From: a virus
Lineage: Duplodnaviria; Caudoviricetes
Length of the DNA: 64,000 nt
Direction: 5' to 3' (one strand)
IMG/VR virus record: IMGVR_UViG_3300031998_000067
Span: 4,153 to 68,152 of that record
Part shown: piece by piece, positions 1 to 9,141 of the stretch
Layout of the letters: the number at the start of each line of letters is the position of its first letter
Numbering within the stretch: the first letter of the stretch is position 1
Notes under the pieces: generated by a model
The model's database searches: none
What the model was told of the DNA's origin: nothing
Seen by the model: only the letters and a program-made list of their open reading frames with translations
Program-made: the position numbers and the translations under genes

Positions 1-483
1 TTCCCGGACTCCAAGGGCTTCATCTACACTTGCGACGACATTTATGCCGTAGGTGATTTCACCTTGCGCGACGTGATGATACCCAAGATGCCCGTTCGCG
101 GCTTCTTCTTCGGCATCACTCATTCCTTCGGCGGAGTCCCGGACTGGCTCTCGGACAAGCAGAAGACCGGCGAGCTGTGCTTCCGGGCAAAACTCCCCGT
201 TCGCAACTGGGTATGCCACCTTCCCGTGTATTACGAGTGGGAGAGGCTTCTGGATATGTACGAGCGCCACAACTGCGACAACATCTCCTACATAGCGGAG
301 AATATCTACTTCAATGAGAAGTACCCCGATGAGATCGACGCCTTCGACGAGATGGAGTTCCACGATGAGGTCAAGACGGAGAAGTTGAACCTCAGGCCGC
401 TTGGCGAAGTGCAGTGGATTTCCAACTCGATAGGCGGGTGGAGCAAGGAACTTGAAGACATACTCAAACGCCACTATCAATGA
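1..483 (+). CDS. hypothetical protein, 5'-partial; weak resemblance to glycosyltransferase-like proteins
   Basis: Frame 1 is open from base 1 (FPDSKGFIYTCDDIYAV...) to the stop at 481-483; the DD motif is only suggestive. Confidence 0.6.
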   Translation, partial: FPDSKGFIYTCDDIYAVGDFTLRDVMIPKMPVRGFFFGITHSFGGVPDWLSDKQKTGELCFRAKLPVRNWVCHLPVYYEWERLLDMYERHNCDNISYIAENIYFNEKYPDEIDAFDEMEFHDEVKTEKLNLRPLGEVQWISNSIGGWSKELEDILKRHYQ

Positions 484-674
484 TCACCGTAGAAGAATAC
501 TATAACCAGATGCAGAAGAAGGCCCAACCGGTCCGCAAGGAATGCTCCACGTGCTTCAAGATGGCCTCGTGTTGGTATCAACACCCGGAGGACTTCGCCC
601 TCGACGCCGTGAAGGACTGTTGGGAGCCCCGGCAAGTGCCTTCTTACATCAAAAATATCCCAATTACAAAATGA
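480..674 (+). CDS. small Cys-containing hypothetical protein
   Basis: ATGA overlap with the upstream stop; CSTC and CWY motifs. Confidence 0.6.
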   Translation: MITVEEYYNQMQKKAQPVRKECSTCFKMASCWYQHPEDFALDAVKDCWEPRQVPSYIKNIPITK

Positions 675-1324
675 ATACACTACTTGGAATCATCGCTTTT
701 ATTGCGATAGCACTTGTCGGCTTCTTCATTCTCCTTGGCGTTCTTCACCTCGTTACGAAGCCCGTTGAGGATGAGACCTCCGACCTTATCCACTGCGCCT
801 ACGACTCCCTCTTCTGGCTCCAGAGTCACCTCCAGGATGCCGAGGGAAAGAACTACAAACTCGCCACAAAGAAACTCTCTGCCGCCCTCGATATTCTCAT
901 CGAGATAGAGCAAATGATACAGGAGCCGGAAGAAGACGAGGCGACCAAAGAGTTAAGGCAGAAATATGACGAGCTGGTTGCCGGTGTCGAGGACGCCAAA
1001 ATGTTCGACGGCAGAGGTAAGGGAATCGACGTGTACATCTGCGACGACTGCGGAGCGAGATTCTATACGCAGTATGTCGATAAGGGCGTTACGCCTTTCG
1101 TTATCGTGTGCCAGTCTTGCAAGCACGGCAACGCAGTACATAGGGAAACCATCACTCTACACGAGTGGGTGAAACTTGAGGCTATGGGCGAGAAGTTGCA
1201 CTCCTGGGTGCGCCCCACCTTTGAGCAGTTCTTGAAACTGCCTCCGGCAACGCAAGACCACGTTCTGCAAGGTGGACTCATATTGAGAGAGGAAATCACA
1301 GATGAGCCCACAGATTCTCAATAG
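671..1324 (+). CDS. membrane-anchored protein with Zn-ribbon
   Basis: Start ATG 671 (MNTLLGII, hydrophobic N-terminal helix); CDDC and CQSC pairs. Confidence 0.7.
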   Translation: MNTLLGIIAFIAIALVGFFILLGVLHLVTKPVEDETSDLIHCAYDSLFWLQSHLQDAEGKNYKLATKKLSAALDILIEIEQMIQEPEEDEATKELRQKYDELVAGVEDAKMFDGRGKGIDVYICDDCGARFYTQYVDKGVTPFVIVCQSCKHGNAVHRETITLHEWVKLEAMGEKLHSWVRPTFEQFLKLPPATQDHVLQGGLILREEITDEPTDSQ

Positions 1325-1460
1325 CCTCACGTGGCAAGATGCCAGAGAGATAGTCCGCACAGCAGATCATCTTCTCACCCACGAAACTGGTCGCTATCCC
1401 ACCGAGGAGGCATACTACACCGAAGTTCTTAATAGACTAAAAAGAAATGAAAATCAATGA
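1302..1460 (+). CDS. 52-aa hypothetical protein (below ORF-track cutoff)
   Basis: [18 protein letters not shown]...[13 protein letters not shown] fills the gap between neighbours with overlaps at both ends. Confidence 0.55.
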   Translation: MSPQILNSLTWQDAREIVRTADHLLTHETGRYPTEEAYYTEVLNRLKRNENQ

Positions 1461-1770
1461 CTATCAACTTGGCGCGTTAGAGACCGCCATTTACCCCAAA
1501 GACAAGAAGGTTATCTACCCCGCTCTCGGCTTGGCCGGTGAAGCCGGTGAGACCGCAGATAAAGTGAAGAAATACCTTCGCGGAGACTACGCTTTGGATA
1601 GCGAGCACAAGAAGGCTATCGCCCTCGAAATTGGCGATGTGCTCTGGTACTGCGCTACACTTGCCAACGATCTCGGCTACTCGCTCGAAGAGGTGGCCCA
1701 GATGAATCTGGCCAAGCTACGCAGTAGGCAACAGAGGAACAAGCTCTCTGGAGACGGAGATAACAGATAG
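1447..1770 (+). CDS. MazG-like nucleotide pyrophosphohydrolase
   Basis: [16 protein letters not shown] and EIGDVLWY (ExxE...ExxD metal motif); C-terminal GDGDNR typical of phage MazG-like proteins. Confidence 0.9.
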   Translation: MKINDYQLGALETAIYPKDKKVIYPALGLAGEAGETADKVKKYLRGDYALDSEHKKAIALEIGDVLWYCATLANDLGYSLEEVAQMNLAKLRSRQQRNKLSGDGDNR

Positions 1771-1775
1771 GCGCT

Positions 1776-2024
1776 ATGACTATAAGAGAATTTTCCAAAG
1801 AATACTGCGGCAACAATCTGCTCGATTATAAGCAGCACACTATCGACCTTATGGAAAAGGTTGAGGAGCATCTGGACTGTGAGGGTGTTCCGTTCCCTAC
1901 AAGAGTCGGCGCCGCACATTACACTGTTTCTTGCGCCCTTGAGGTTTACGACAAAGAACTTCCGGACTACGCCTTCTTACAGAAGGTGGAGAAGGAAATT
2001 AAAAATCTCAAGATGCGGCGATGA
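1776..2024 (+). CDS. hypothetical protein
   Basis: ORF tightly packed in the operon. Confidence 0.6.
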   Translation: MTIREFSKEYCGNNLLDYKQHTIDLMEKVEEHLDCEGVPFPTRVGAAHYTVSCALEVYDKELPDYAFLQKVEKEIKNLKMRR

Positions 2025-2356
2025 GGATCATCTGGCACCATAACACGTGGCCCTGGGGTAAGACGGTAAGGGCAATTCTCGATGATGCCTCCGCTATCGT
2101 CGAGATGTCCTTTGAAGACATTAACCCCGGAGTTTGTTATTTGTCTGGGCTCTCCGTGATCGAACCAATGCGGAGGAAGGGCCTTGCCAAGCACTTGATG
2201 CTCGCTTGCGAGTCATACTGCCGAGAGCAGGGCATCTTCCGCATTGACTTGAACTCCGTTCTTACGGACTGGGTTCAAGACTTTTATAAGAAGCTGGGCT
2301 ATACTCCCATCAAGGAGGATAACGGCTTTATGCAGATGTATAAAATACTCAAGTAG
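2021..2356 (+). CDS. GNAT family acetyltransferase
   Basis: LSVIEPMRRKGLAKHLM (acetyl-CoA motif A) and FYKKLGY. Confidence 0.85.
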   Translation: MRIIWHHNTWPWGKTVRAILDDASAIVEMSFEDINPGVCYLSGLSVIEPMRRKGLAKHLMLACESYCREQGIFRIDLNSVLTDWVQDFYKKLGYTPIKEDNGFMQMYKILK

Positions 2357-2358
2357 AT

Positions 2359-2568
2359 ATGAGCGCACCAAGATTATATCTTCACTTCGAAAATGAAATA
2401 CGTAAGGGAAAGGACTTCTTTGTCTTTTTCCTTACGTTAATCCCGTCCATTACATTTCGGTTTGTAAGGGGAGGTTTTGGCAAAGAAGCCGACCTCTACA
2501 TATCGTGGTTGCTATGGACTTTTACCATCACACTATCATGGAGACCACTACCGAAATCAAATTCGTAA
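2359..2568 (+). CDS. small hydrophobic hypothetical protein
   Basis: Starts 2 nt after the upstream stop; hydrophobic stretches. Confidence 0.5.
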   Translation: MSAPRLYLHFENEIRKGKDFFVFFLTLIPSITFRFVRGGFGKEADLYISWLLWTFTITLSWRPLPKSNS

Positions 2569-2918
2569 ACCCCAGGGGCCCGTTCGGTGATGCCACTATG
2601 TCCTACGACGTGGAGACAAACGCCAAGACCGTAGGCGAATTCATTGAGGCTTGTATCCATCGAGACAACTTCGTCACGATTTGTCTGTTCAAGGACAATA
2701 TCTTCAAGGGTAACGTCTGCGTAGCCTATTCGCGTGAAGGTGAGATCACCCGCAAAGCGACGGACTACGAGGCATACTGCAAGATGAAGATCGACTCTAT
2801 ACACACCAACGGCGGATGGGGAGCAATGACTTATGATATTCACGTCAAGGGAAAGTTAAAACCACAGCCCAGAGATGAGTTTGAACTGGTCTATTGGGGA
2901 TATACGCATAACAAATGA
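2538..2918 (+). CDS. hypothetical protein
   Basis: ATG 2538 (METTTEIKF); its stop overlaps the next start. Confidence 0.65.
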   Translation: METTTEIKFVNPRGPFGDATMSYDVETNAKTVGEFIEACIHRDNFVTICLFKDNIFKGNVCVAYSREGEITRKATDYEAYCKMKIDSIHTNGGWGAMTYDIHVKGKLKPQPRDEFELVYWGYTHNK

Positions 2919-3370
2919 AAAAAAGACTCGAAAAAGAAATAGATAGGGTTTTCTTCAAGGGAGAACACCATTCTAATAAACTCTCCCACGTAGAGCTGAA
3001 GGATATTGCCGAGCATTTCTACGGCTTCGCTCTTAAAGACGTAATGATTCAGTGGAAGGGCGACAACCTCAAGGAAATTGTCGAGTTCACCGGCGTCTCG
3101 CCACTATTCAATAAGTGGTTTAAGTCTTGGGAAGAGTATGAAGCCTACGTCCATTCCCACAACGACATATTCAAGATGTTCTACGAAGATGGAAGTCACT
3201 ATGAGGTTCCGGTCGGTGCCTGGATCGTTAAGACTCCAGACGGCTACAATGTGGCATCAAGAGCGGTATTTGTCCGTAACCCGGAGGAATTTGTTGGCGT
3301 GAGGCAGTCTCCGTCCGAAACGTTTCCAAGGGTAAACGAATTTATTGAGGGCCCAAGTTATAGGAGATAA
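2915..3370 (+). CDS. hypothetical phage protein
   Basis: WKGDNLKEIVEF and VGAWIVK, a common phage protein pattern; packed operon. Confidence 0.65.
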   Translation: MKKRLEKEIDRVFFKGEHHSNKLSHVELKDIAEHFYGFALKDVMIQWKGDNLKEIVEFTGVSPLFNKWFKSWEEYEAYVHSHNDIFKMFYEDGSHYEVPVGAWIVKTPDGYNVASRAVFVRNPEEFVGVRQSPSETFPRVNEFIEGPSYRR

Positions 3371-3371
3371 T

Positions 3372-3885
3372 ATGAAAAGCATAATTACCCCCCCATCAGA
3401 CAATTCTTGATGCCTGTTGCGGTGGAAGAATGTTCTACTTCGACAAGGAGGATGAGAGGGTTTTATTCCAAGACATCCGCGATGAGGAGGTTCCGTTAAC
3501 CAAGGGTGGGCTGTTCAAAGTCCACCCGGACGTTATCGCCGACTTCCGCGATATGCCTTATCCGGACAACACGTTCCAGATGGTCGTCTTTGATCCTCCG
3601 CACATGGTCTATTACTCCAAGAACAACGACGCGCCACACGAAAGGCGTGGAGACCTCTATGCCGAATATGGTGAGCTGCGCAAGGACTGGAGGGAATATC
3701 TGGAGCGAGGTTTCAAAGAGTGTTTCCGGGTGCTGAAGCCTGGTGGATTTCTCATCTTCAAATGGAGTGAAACCGACATTAAGGTCAAAAGCATTCTGGC
3801 CTTGACTCCAGAGCGCCCAGTCTTCGGACATAAATCCGGAAAGACCATGGGAACACATTGGATTTGTTTTATGAAAAACCTTTAG
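3372..3885 (+). pseudogene. SAM-dependent DNA methyltransferase, frameshifted at a C7 tract
   Basis: ATG 3372 hits TGA at 3408-3410. Motif I (ILDACCGGRMF) and VFDPPH are in another frame. Removing one C from 3388-3394 gives a 170-aa ORF. Confidence 0.85.
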
Positions 3886-3889
3886 CAAT

Positions 3890-4258
3890 ATGAAAGCAAA
3901 AATAATCCGAGACTCAATTTATACTCCCAACCTCGAAGTTGGCGAGATAGTCGAGATTGTTCCCGGAATGGAAACCGATTCCGAGGGCATCTTCAATATC
4001 CCTGGCGGCAAGCTGTTTCTCTGCAAAAAGAGCGACGGCACGTTTGCCTACGAGTTCCCTTCCAATCTCCAGATTGTAGCAGAAGACAAGGTTCGTCCAA
4101 ATGTGTCGTTCGATACCTTCAGGGAAGCCGTGACGCCCGCTCACGAGTTTCTACGAAAGAACTATCACCCGCACGCCGTGATTATCATCGGCTATGATGG
4201 CGCCCACGTGTTCGAGGGTGTGCTTGGTATTCCGCAACTTAATCCGGAAGGAAAATGA
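3890..4258 (+). CDS. hypothetical protein
   Basis: Packed operon ORF. Confidence 0.65.
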   Translation: MKAKIIRDSIYTPNLEVGEIVEIVPGMETDSEGIFNIPGGKLFLCKKSDGTFAYEFPSNLQIVAEDKVRPNVSFDTFREAVTPAHEFLRKNYHPHAVIIIGYDGAHVFEGVLGIPQLNPEGK

Positions 4259-4509
4259 AATTTAGAGTTAGAAGAACATCAAGGAGTTCCTTCAGCAAAG
4301 AGAAACCTTGTGACGACGCCTACCTCGATAAGTTCGTGCCAGATACCAATCATGATTATTTCGACCAGAGTTATTGGGCTATCGACATAGATTCCTTGGA
4401 CGCCCTATTAGCGTTATCCGAAAAAGAGGGAGAAATAATCGTTAGCGCACCGTGTGAATACACAGATAACCTTCCGGAGATAGAAATTTACGACGATTTC
4501 AGAGAATAA
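4255..4509 (+). CDS. hypothetical protein
   Basis: ATGA overlap; acidic C-terminus IEIYDDFRE. Confidence 0.65.
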   Translation: MKFRVRRTSRSSFSKEKPCDDAYLDKFVPDTNHDYFDQSYWAIDIDSLDALLALSEKEGEIIVSAPCEYTDNLPEIEIYDDFRE

Positions 4510-4511
4510 CG

Positions 4512-4829
4512 ATGAAACCAATCTTAATGACCGAAGAATACTGGGCCAACTCCCAGTTCTCCATTGCCCGTTATACCGGCGCGATCAACCTTGATGGCCA
4601 CCGCTTCGTTATCGTTGACAAGACCGGCAAGGACATCTTCGAACTCTCCGCTATCGCAGAGAAGGAGGGTAGAGAGAAGGCCATTGAGCCTGGTGAGCCT
4701 TGCGACCTCATCCGCACTGACTTCATTCCTCTGTACAAGAAGTATGGCCGGGATAAGTTCATTGAAGTGCTCAAGGGGCATCCAGAGGTCGAGACACCGA
4801 AACAGATGGAGGCATTGTTTGAGGTATGA
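4512..4829 (+). CDS. hypothetical protein
   Basis: Packed operon ORF. Confidence 0.65.
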   Translation: MKPILMTEEYWANSQFSIARYTGAINLDGHRFVIVDKTGKDIFELSAIAEKEGREKAIEPGEPCDLIRTDFIPLYKKYGRDKFIEVLKGHPEVETPKQMEALFEV

Positions 4830-4984
4830 AAGAGGAAGAGACTATCGACGAGGGTGATGTAATCGTCATTCATCTCGGCGTAGAACTCTCGGAAGAGAAG
4901 TATAACGAGGTTGTGCAGTCGGTTATCGCCTTTTTGAATACCCGATGGCCGGAGTTTAGTAACAATAGATTTTCGAATTGAGAT

Positions 4985-5407
4985 ATGAAAGCAAACGAAC
5001 TTATGTTGGGCGACTGGGTATATGGATTGTACCCCGACGGTAGTAGATACAAGCCTCCGTTCCGCATTTCTGCGGTTGACACCTATCCGTCAAATAAGAG
5101 CCCACGGATAGTAACAGAAGGTGGGTATGGATTCCAGGAAGAGCACCTTGCTCCAATCCCTATCACCGGCGAAATCTTGGAGAAAAACGGCTTCAAGAGG
5201 GTTCGAGACAAACTCGGCCGTGTGTTCTACTCTATTGCGGACGATTATTTCGACTTGACCATAGACGAGATCACCGATAGCATCTGGTGTGTGGAATATG
5301 ACAACCTCGAGGCGCAATTCCCGACTTGTCGCAATCTGGTGGCGCACGTTCACGAGCTGCAACACGCCTTGAAACTCTATGGCATCGACAAAGAAATCAT
5401 TTTATAG
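4985..5407 (+). CDS. hypothetical phage protein
   Basis: ELMLGDWV...PIPITGEILEKNGF...VHELQHAL, a pattern common in Bacteroidota phages. Confidence 0.7.
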   Translation: MKANELMLGDWVYGLYPDGSRYKPPFRISAVDTYPSNKSPRIVTEGGYGFQEEHLAPIPITGEILEKNGFKRVRDKLGRVFYSIADDYFDLTIDEITDSIWCVEYDNLEAQFPTCRNLVAHVHELQHALKLYGIDKEIIL

Positions 5408-5419
5408 GGAGGACCCACT

Positions 5420-5602
5420 ATGATTGCTGTCGTAACTATGCTCCTCGTTGGATTGAACATAATATCGCAGTTCACCCTAATAAGAAAAGACCACGAGAGG
5501 GTAACGAGAAGGGACTTCGTTACTTTCTTTATCCAGACCATTTTCATAATCATTTGTGTCTTAATTGCCGGGTTTACAATCAAATTTTTATTGAAAGTTT
5601 AG
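5420..5602 (+). CDS. small two-TM protein
   Basis: Two hydrophobic helices. Confidence 0.5.
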   Translation: MIAVVTMLLVGLNIISQFTLIRKDHERVTRRDFVTFFIQTIFIIICVLIAGFTIKFLLKV

Positions 5603-5604
5603 CG

Positions 5605-5799
5605 ATGAAAGAACAAATAATACGCTTGCTTATTGCGGTTTTTATCGGGGTTATACTCATATCTGCCGTAATCGTCTTCATATTCATTATGCACTTTTTG
5701 TTTGATATTCTCGGGCCGAAGAACTTCGGCATCGTGGCTATCATTGTTGGTATTATATGTACTGCCATTTGGGCTTATAAAGAACTTGGAAAACCATGA
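5605..5799 (+). CDS. small two-TM protein
   Basis: ATG 5605 (MKEQIIRLL); two hydrophobic helices. Confidence 0.55.
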   Translation: MKEQIIRLLIAVFIGVILISAVIVFIFIMHFLFDILGPKNFGIVAIIVGIICTAIWAYKELGKP

Positions 5800-6131
5800 C
5801 GCAAAAAGTTAAGATATTCTGCTTGCCAGACGGAACGCCGGTTGGTGCAACGTTCAGTACCACCAATCAAGCCGAGGGACCTGACTACGGAAGACGAGTC
5901 AAGCACAACATCTACCGCGATCGTGAGGACCCCCGGCTCTGGTGGCACGAAAGAGTCTGGCTTTCGCGGCGTAGATATACCAGACCAACATACTTTATGT
6001 TCGTGTCAAAACGCAAGTTCTTCGGAAAGGTTCGGCTTGTAAAGTGCCGTGACGGATGCCTTGCGGACACTTGGAGGACTATCGCCGATAGCATTACCGT
6101 TATGGAATCAAAAGGAGGAAAGAATCAATGA
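5796..6131 (+). CDS. hypothetical basic protein
   Basis: ATGA overlaps at both ends. Confidence 0.55.
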   Translation: MTQKVKIFCLPDGTPVGATFSTTNQAEGPDYGRRVKHNIYRDREDPRLWWHERVWLSRRRYTRPTYFMFVSKRKFFGKVRLVKCRDGCLADTWRTIADSITVMESKGGKNQ

Positions 6132-6343
6132 AAATCAAAGAAATCAAATCCCAGAACCGGCGAGACTTCGTAGCTATCTTCGAATGCGAACACTGCGGGC
6201 ATACCGAAGAGCGCTCAGGCTACGATGATGAGTATTTCCATCGCCACGTTATTCCCGATATGGTCTGCCCGGTCTGTGGCAAGAAAGCGCCAGACACATA
6301 CCGGCCGTTAGCAACCAAATATCCGGAGGGAATGCAAGTATGA
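6128..6343 (+). CDS. Zn-finger protein
   Basis: CEHC and CPVC pairs. Confidence 0.75.
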   Translation: MKIKEIKSQNRRDFVAIFECEHCGHTEERSGYDDEYFHRHVIPDMVCPVCGKKAPDTYRPLATKYPEGMQV

Positions 6344-6672
6344 GAGACCTCAAACTTGTTCTCAAGCGCCAGTGGTACGAGATGATAGAAGCCGGTAAGA
6401 AGTTGGAGGAATACCGCGAGGCGACACCCTTCTGGGGTAAGCGCCTTACCGACCTTATGAATGGGCATCTACTCTTCTCGCACCGCAACGGATATGTGCC
6501 GGTTCCGTTCAAGCATTTCGAGTCCGTCACGTTCTATCTCGGCTACGCCAAAGATCGGCCCTCTATGACCTTCGAGATTAAGGATATGACTTATGACGAA
6601 GGCTACCCGCAGTGGGGAGCGGAGCCTGGCAAGAAATACTTTATAATCAAACTTGGGAAGAGACTGATATGA
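6340..6672 (+). CDS. ASCH/PUA-like domain protein
   Basis: LVLKRQWYEMIEAGKKLEEYR (GxKxxExR signature) and VTFYLGY. Confidence 0.8.
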   Translation: MRDLKLVLKRQWYEMIEAGKKLEEYREATPFWGKRLTDLMNGHLLFSHRNGYVPVPFKHFESVTFYLGYAKDRPSMTFEIKDMTYDEGYPQWGAEPGKKYFIIKLGKRLI

Positions 6673-7070
6673 ATAGCAGAAAGAAGAGACGCGATGCCTT
6701 CAGGGCAAAGCAGATTCGGTGGGAAGATGTCTGGGAGCTACCCTTACATCTTGACGAGTGCGATACTTATGCCTTCTCGAAGAATGGTGTAATGGCATTA
6801 ACTTTTGCCGATGCTGATACCAAGGAGCAGATTCTTGAAAACCGAAGGATCGTAGCAATCATCAACGGCGAAGAAGAGTCCGACCGCCAAAACGAGTATA
6901 TTCACAACGGCTATGCGGACATCTCTTGTGACGCAGAGCGCATTGTGTTTAGCGTTCGCGGATGGGGCCACCTCACCGGCACTGGCGGGCTTCGTCTGCC
7001 GGAGAAGGGTGCGGCCAGAATCCAAGACGACTTCATTGCCTATATCTTGAAACGACTTAATGGAGAGTAG
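6669..7070 (+). CDS. hypothetical protein
   Basis: ATG 6669; VRGWGHLTG motif. Confidence 0.65.
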   Translation: MNSRKKRRDAFRAKQIRWEDVWELPLHLDECDTYAFSKNGVMALTFADADTKEQILENRRIVAIINGEEESDRQNEYIHNGYADISCDAERIVFSVRGWGHLTGTGGLRLPEKGAARIQDDFIAYILKRLNGE

Positions 7071-7071
7071 T

Positions 7072-7502
7072 ATGAGAATCCAAGCGTGCCTCACAAGCAA
7101 CTCTAACGAATGGGCGACTCCGCAGAAGTTCTATGAAGAGCTGGATGCGGAGTTTCATTTTAACCTCGATCCTTGCTCCACCCACGAAAATGCCAAATGC
7201 GAGCGGCATTTCACTCTGGAAGACAATGGATTAGCACGTGATTGGGGGGGGCAAGAGTGTTCTGCAACCCGCCATACGGCCGTGAAATTGCCACGTGGGT
7301 ACGCAAGTGTTACGAGGAGTCTCGCAAGCCGGACACCCTCGTGGTTATGCTCATTCCGGCAAGGACGGATACGGCATACTTCCACGACTTTATCTATCAC
7401 AAGGCCGATGAGATTCGTTTCATCCGTGGTCGGTTACATTTTAATGAGTCAAAACAAGGGGCTCCGTTCCCCTCAATGGTTGTAATTTATGGGAGAAATT
7501 GA
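7072..7502 (+). pseudogene. phage Dam-like DNA N6-adenine methyltransferase, frameshifted at a G8 tract
   Basis: N-half (EWATP, LDPC) is in one frame and C-half (VFCNPPY, LIPARTDT) in another. G8 at 7244-7251; G9 gives DWGGARVFCNPPY and a 143-aa ORF. Confidence 0.9.
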
Positions 7503-7788
7503 CAAACTTTTCGGGCCGGTACAAAAACTCTATCTCAAGCCTGACGGCTCGACAGAATGGGCAGAGGTAGAACCGGTCAAGGATTCAATCACTCTGGGCG
7601 AGATGAAGAATGAATACAAGGAATTTGAAGGCTCCCGTCTGGGGTGCTTCGAATTATCATTCAAACTCCATTCGTTCAAGAAGAAGGATCGCGTGAAGAT
7701 AGGTCAGTTCATCGGCCTCCTCAAACGTCCCAAGTGCACATACAAGACAATCAAGCGCGATTGCGCAAAAAGGAATAGGAGATGGTAG
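7489..7788 (+). CDS. hypothetical protein
   Basis: Packed operon ORF. Confidence 0.6.
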   Translation: MGEIDKLFGPVQKLYLKPDGSTEWAEVEPVKDSITLGEMKNEYKEFEGSRLGCFELSFKLHSFKKKDRVKIGQFIGLLKRPKCTYKTIKRDCAKRNRRW

Positions 7789-8126
7789 GAAAAATTCAAC
7801 GCCTCGGTACTGGGAAGTATCGCTACCGAGGCCACATGATTTGGTTGCGTGATTTCCGCTATTGGTGTAGTCCTGATCCGAGTGATTGGCCCACGTGGAA
7901 ATGGACTCTTCGTGGAGTCGTCAAGTATATCGATGATTGGGAGGCCGCGTTCGGGGAGGGGCGAGTGTATGGGAATATAATTGGCATAAGCGAAGAAACC
8001 GCCCAACAACTTATAGAACGCCTTACCGCATTTAATAAAGCGGTTGCCGCTCAAGCGAGAACCACAAGGCAACTCTGTGAGAATATGACCGAGATGTTGA
8101 AATCCTTTGATGTTGAAAGGGGGTAA
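7782..8126 (+). CDS. hypothetical protein
   Basis: Packed operon ORF. Confidence 0.55.
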   Translation: MVGKIQRLGTGKYRYRGHMIWLRDFRYWCSPDPSDWPTWKWTLRGVVKYIDDWEAAFGEGRVYGNIIGISEETAQQLIERLTAFNKAVAAQARTTRQLCENMTEMLKSFDVERG

Positions 8127-8129
8127 TAT

Positions 8130-8390
8130 ATGGCAAAACCTCAAGAATGGAAGGACGCACGGGACATGGTAGTTCCTCTGCGGAAAGAGTGGGCCCGCAA
8201 GACTCTCGCCAGAGCGGGCATCGAAGTCCTCGGGGAGACAAAGCATTCCCTCATCCTCAAAGTCAACTGCGCCAAGGTGGAATACTTTCCCTTTACGGGA
8301 GGCTACCGAGGCAAAGGAATCCCGTCCGGGAGAGGACTAAAGAACCTCATAGCGCTCAAAGAAGGCCATTCCAAAGAAAAAGCCTCGTAG
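8130..8390 (+). CDS. hypothetical basic protein
   Basis: Last gene before the convergent terminator. Confidence 0.6.
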   Translation: MAKPQEWKDARDMVVPLRKEWARKTLARAGIEVLGETKHSLILKVNCAKVEYFPFTGGYRGKGIPSGRGLKNLIALKEGHSKEKAS

Positions 8391-8413
8391 GGAACAATCC
8401 TTACGGGGCTTTT
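8377..8413. terminator. bidirectional intrinsic terminator
   Basis: AAAAGCCTCGTAGG...CCTTACGGGGCTTTT between convergent operons. Confidence 0.75.
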
Positions 8414-8418
8414 CTCGT

Positions 8419-8976
8419 TTAGAACCTCCAGTCGAATCCGACTCCCACATACGGCCCGGCTCCGAACTGCTTGTGTATCGCATCGTACTGGACGCCAAGA
8501 CCGCCTTGGATGCCGATACCGAAGCGCTTCGGGGGTGCGGGCGGCTTCGTGATGTCTATCTGCATCGACGTGGTGTATATCCGCAGAGAGTCAAGAGACG
8601 GCTTATACCCCGATACCCACGCATCGTAGGTGCTGTCACCGTAGTGTCTGGTTTCCATCGGAACGTCAATGTAGATGAGACTGTCCTTCTTGACAATCTT
8701 CGGTTTCTTCTCGAGGGAATCTTCCAAGGCGAGTATCTGGCCGGTGATCCGGTCTATCGTCCCAATCGGCACCAATTCATACCCTTTCGGCGTCACTTCC
8801 ACCGGAACGGGGTTATCGATGTAAGTAGTATCGTGCAACCAAGTCGTATCCCGCACTTCTTGCCCGTTTTCCGCCGGTTTCAGACACCTTAACGGTAAAA
8901 AGGTTCCACACATCCACCCGAGGACTACAAACGCCAGAATGCCCGCAATTACGAGGATTTTCTTTAATGTCTCCAT
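8419..8976 (-). CDS. membrane-anchored lysis-cassette protein (spanin-like)
   Basis: N-terminal TM, DTTWLHDTTY and YDAWVSGYKPSLDSL motifs; directly downstream of the endolysin. Confidence 0.6.
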   Translation of the reverse strand: METLKKILVIAGILAFVVLGWMCGTFLPLRCLKPAENGQEVRDTTWLHDTTYIDNPVPVEVTPKGYELVPIGTIDRITGQILALEDSLEKKPKIVKKDSLIYIDVPMETRHYGDSTYDAWVSGYKPSLDSLRIYTTSMQIDITKPPAPPKRFGIGIQGGLGVQYDAIHKQFGAGPYVGVGFDWRF

Positions 8977-9141
8977 TGTGCAAAATGTTTACGGTTCATA
9001 AGGTACTCTTCGTCGCCCTGGCGGGAGTACGCCTCCACCTCGAAGCTGATGCTCCGGTAGGCTTCCTTCGGACGAAAGCAACGCCGAAGAGATTGATGGC
9101 GAGAAAACCCTTGAAAGGAATGATGTCATTCTCTACTACCT

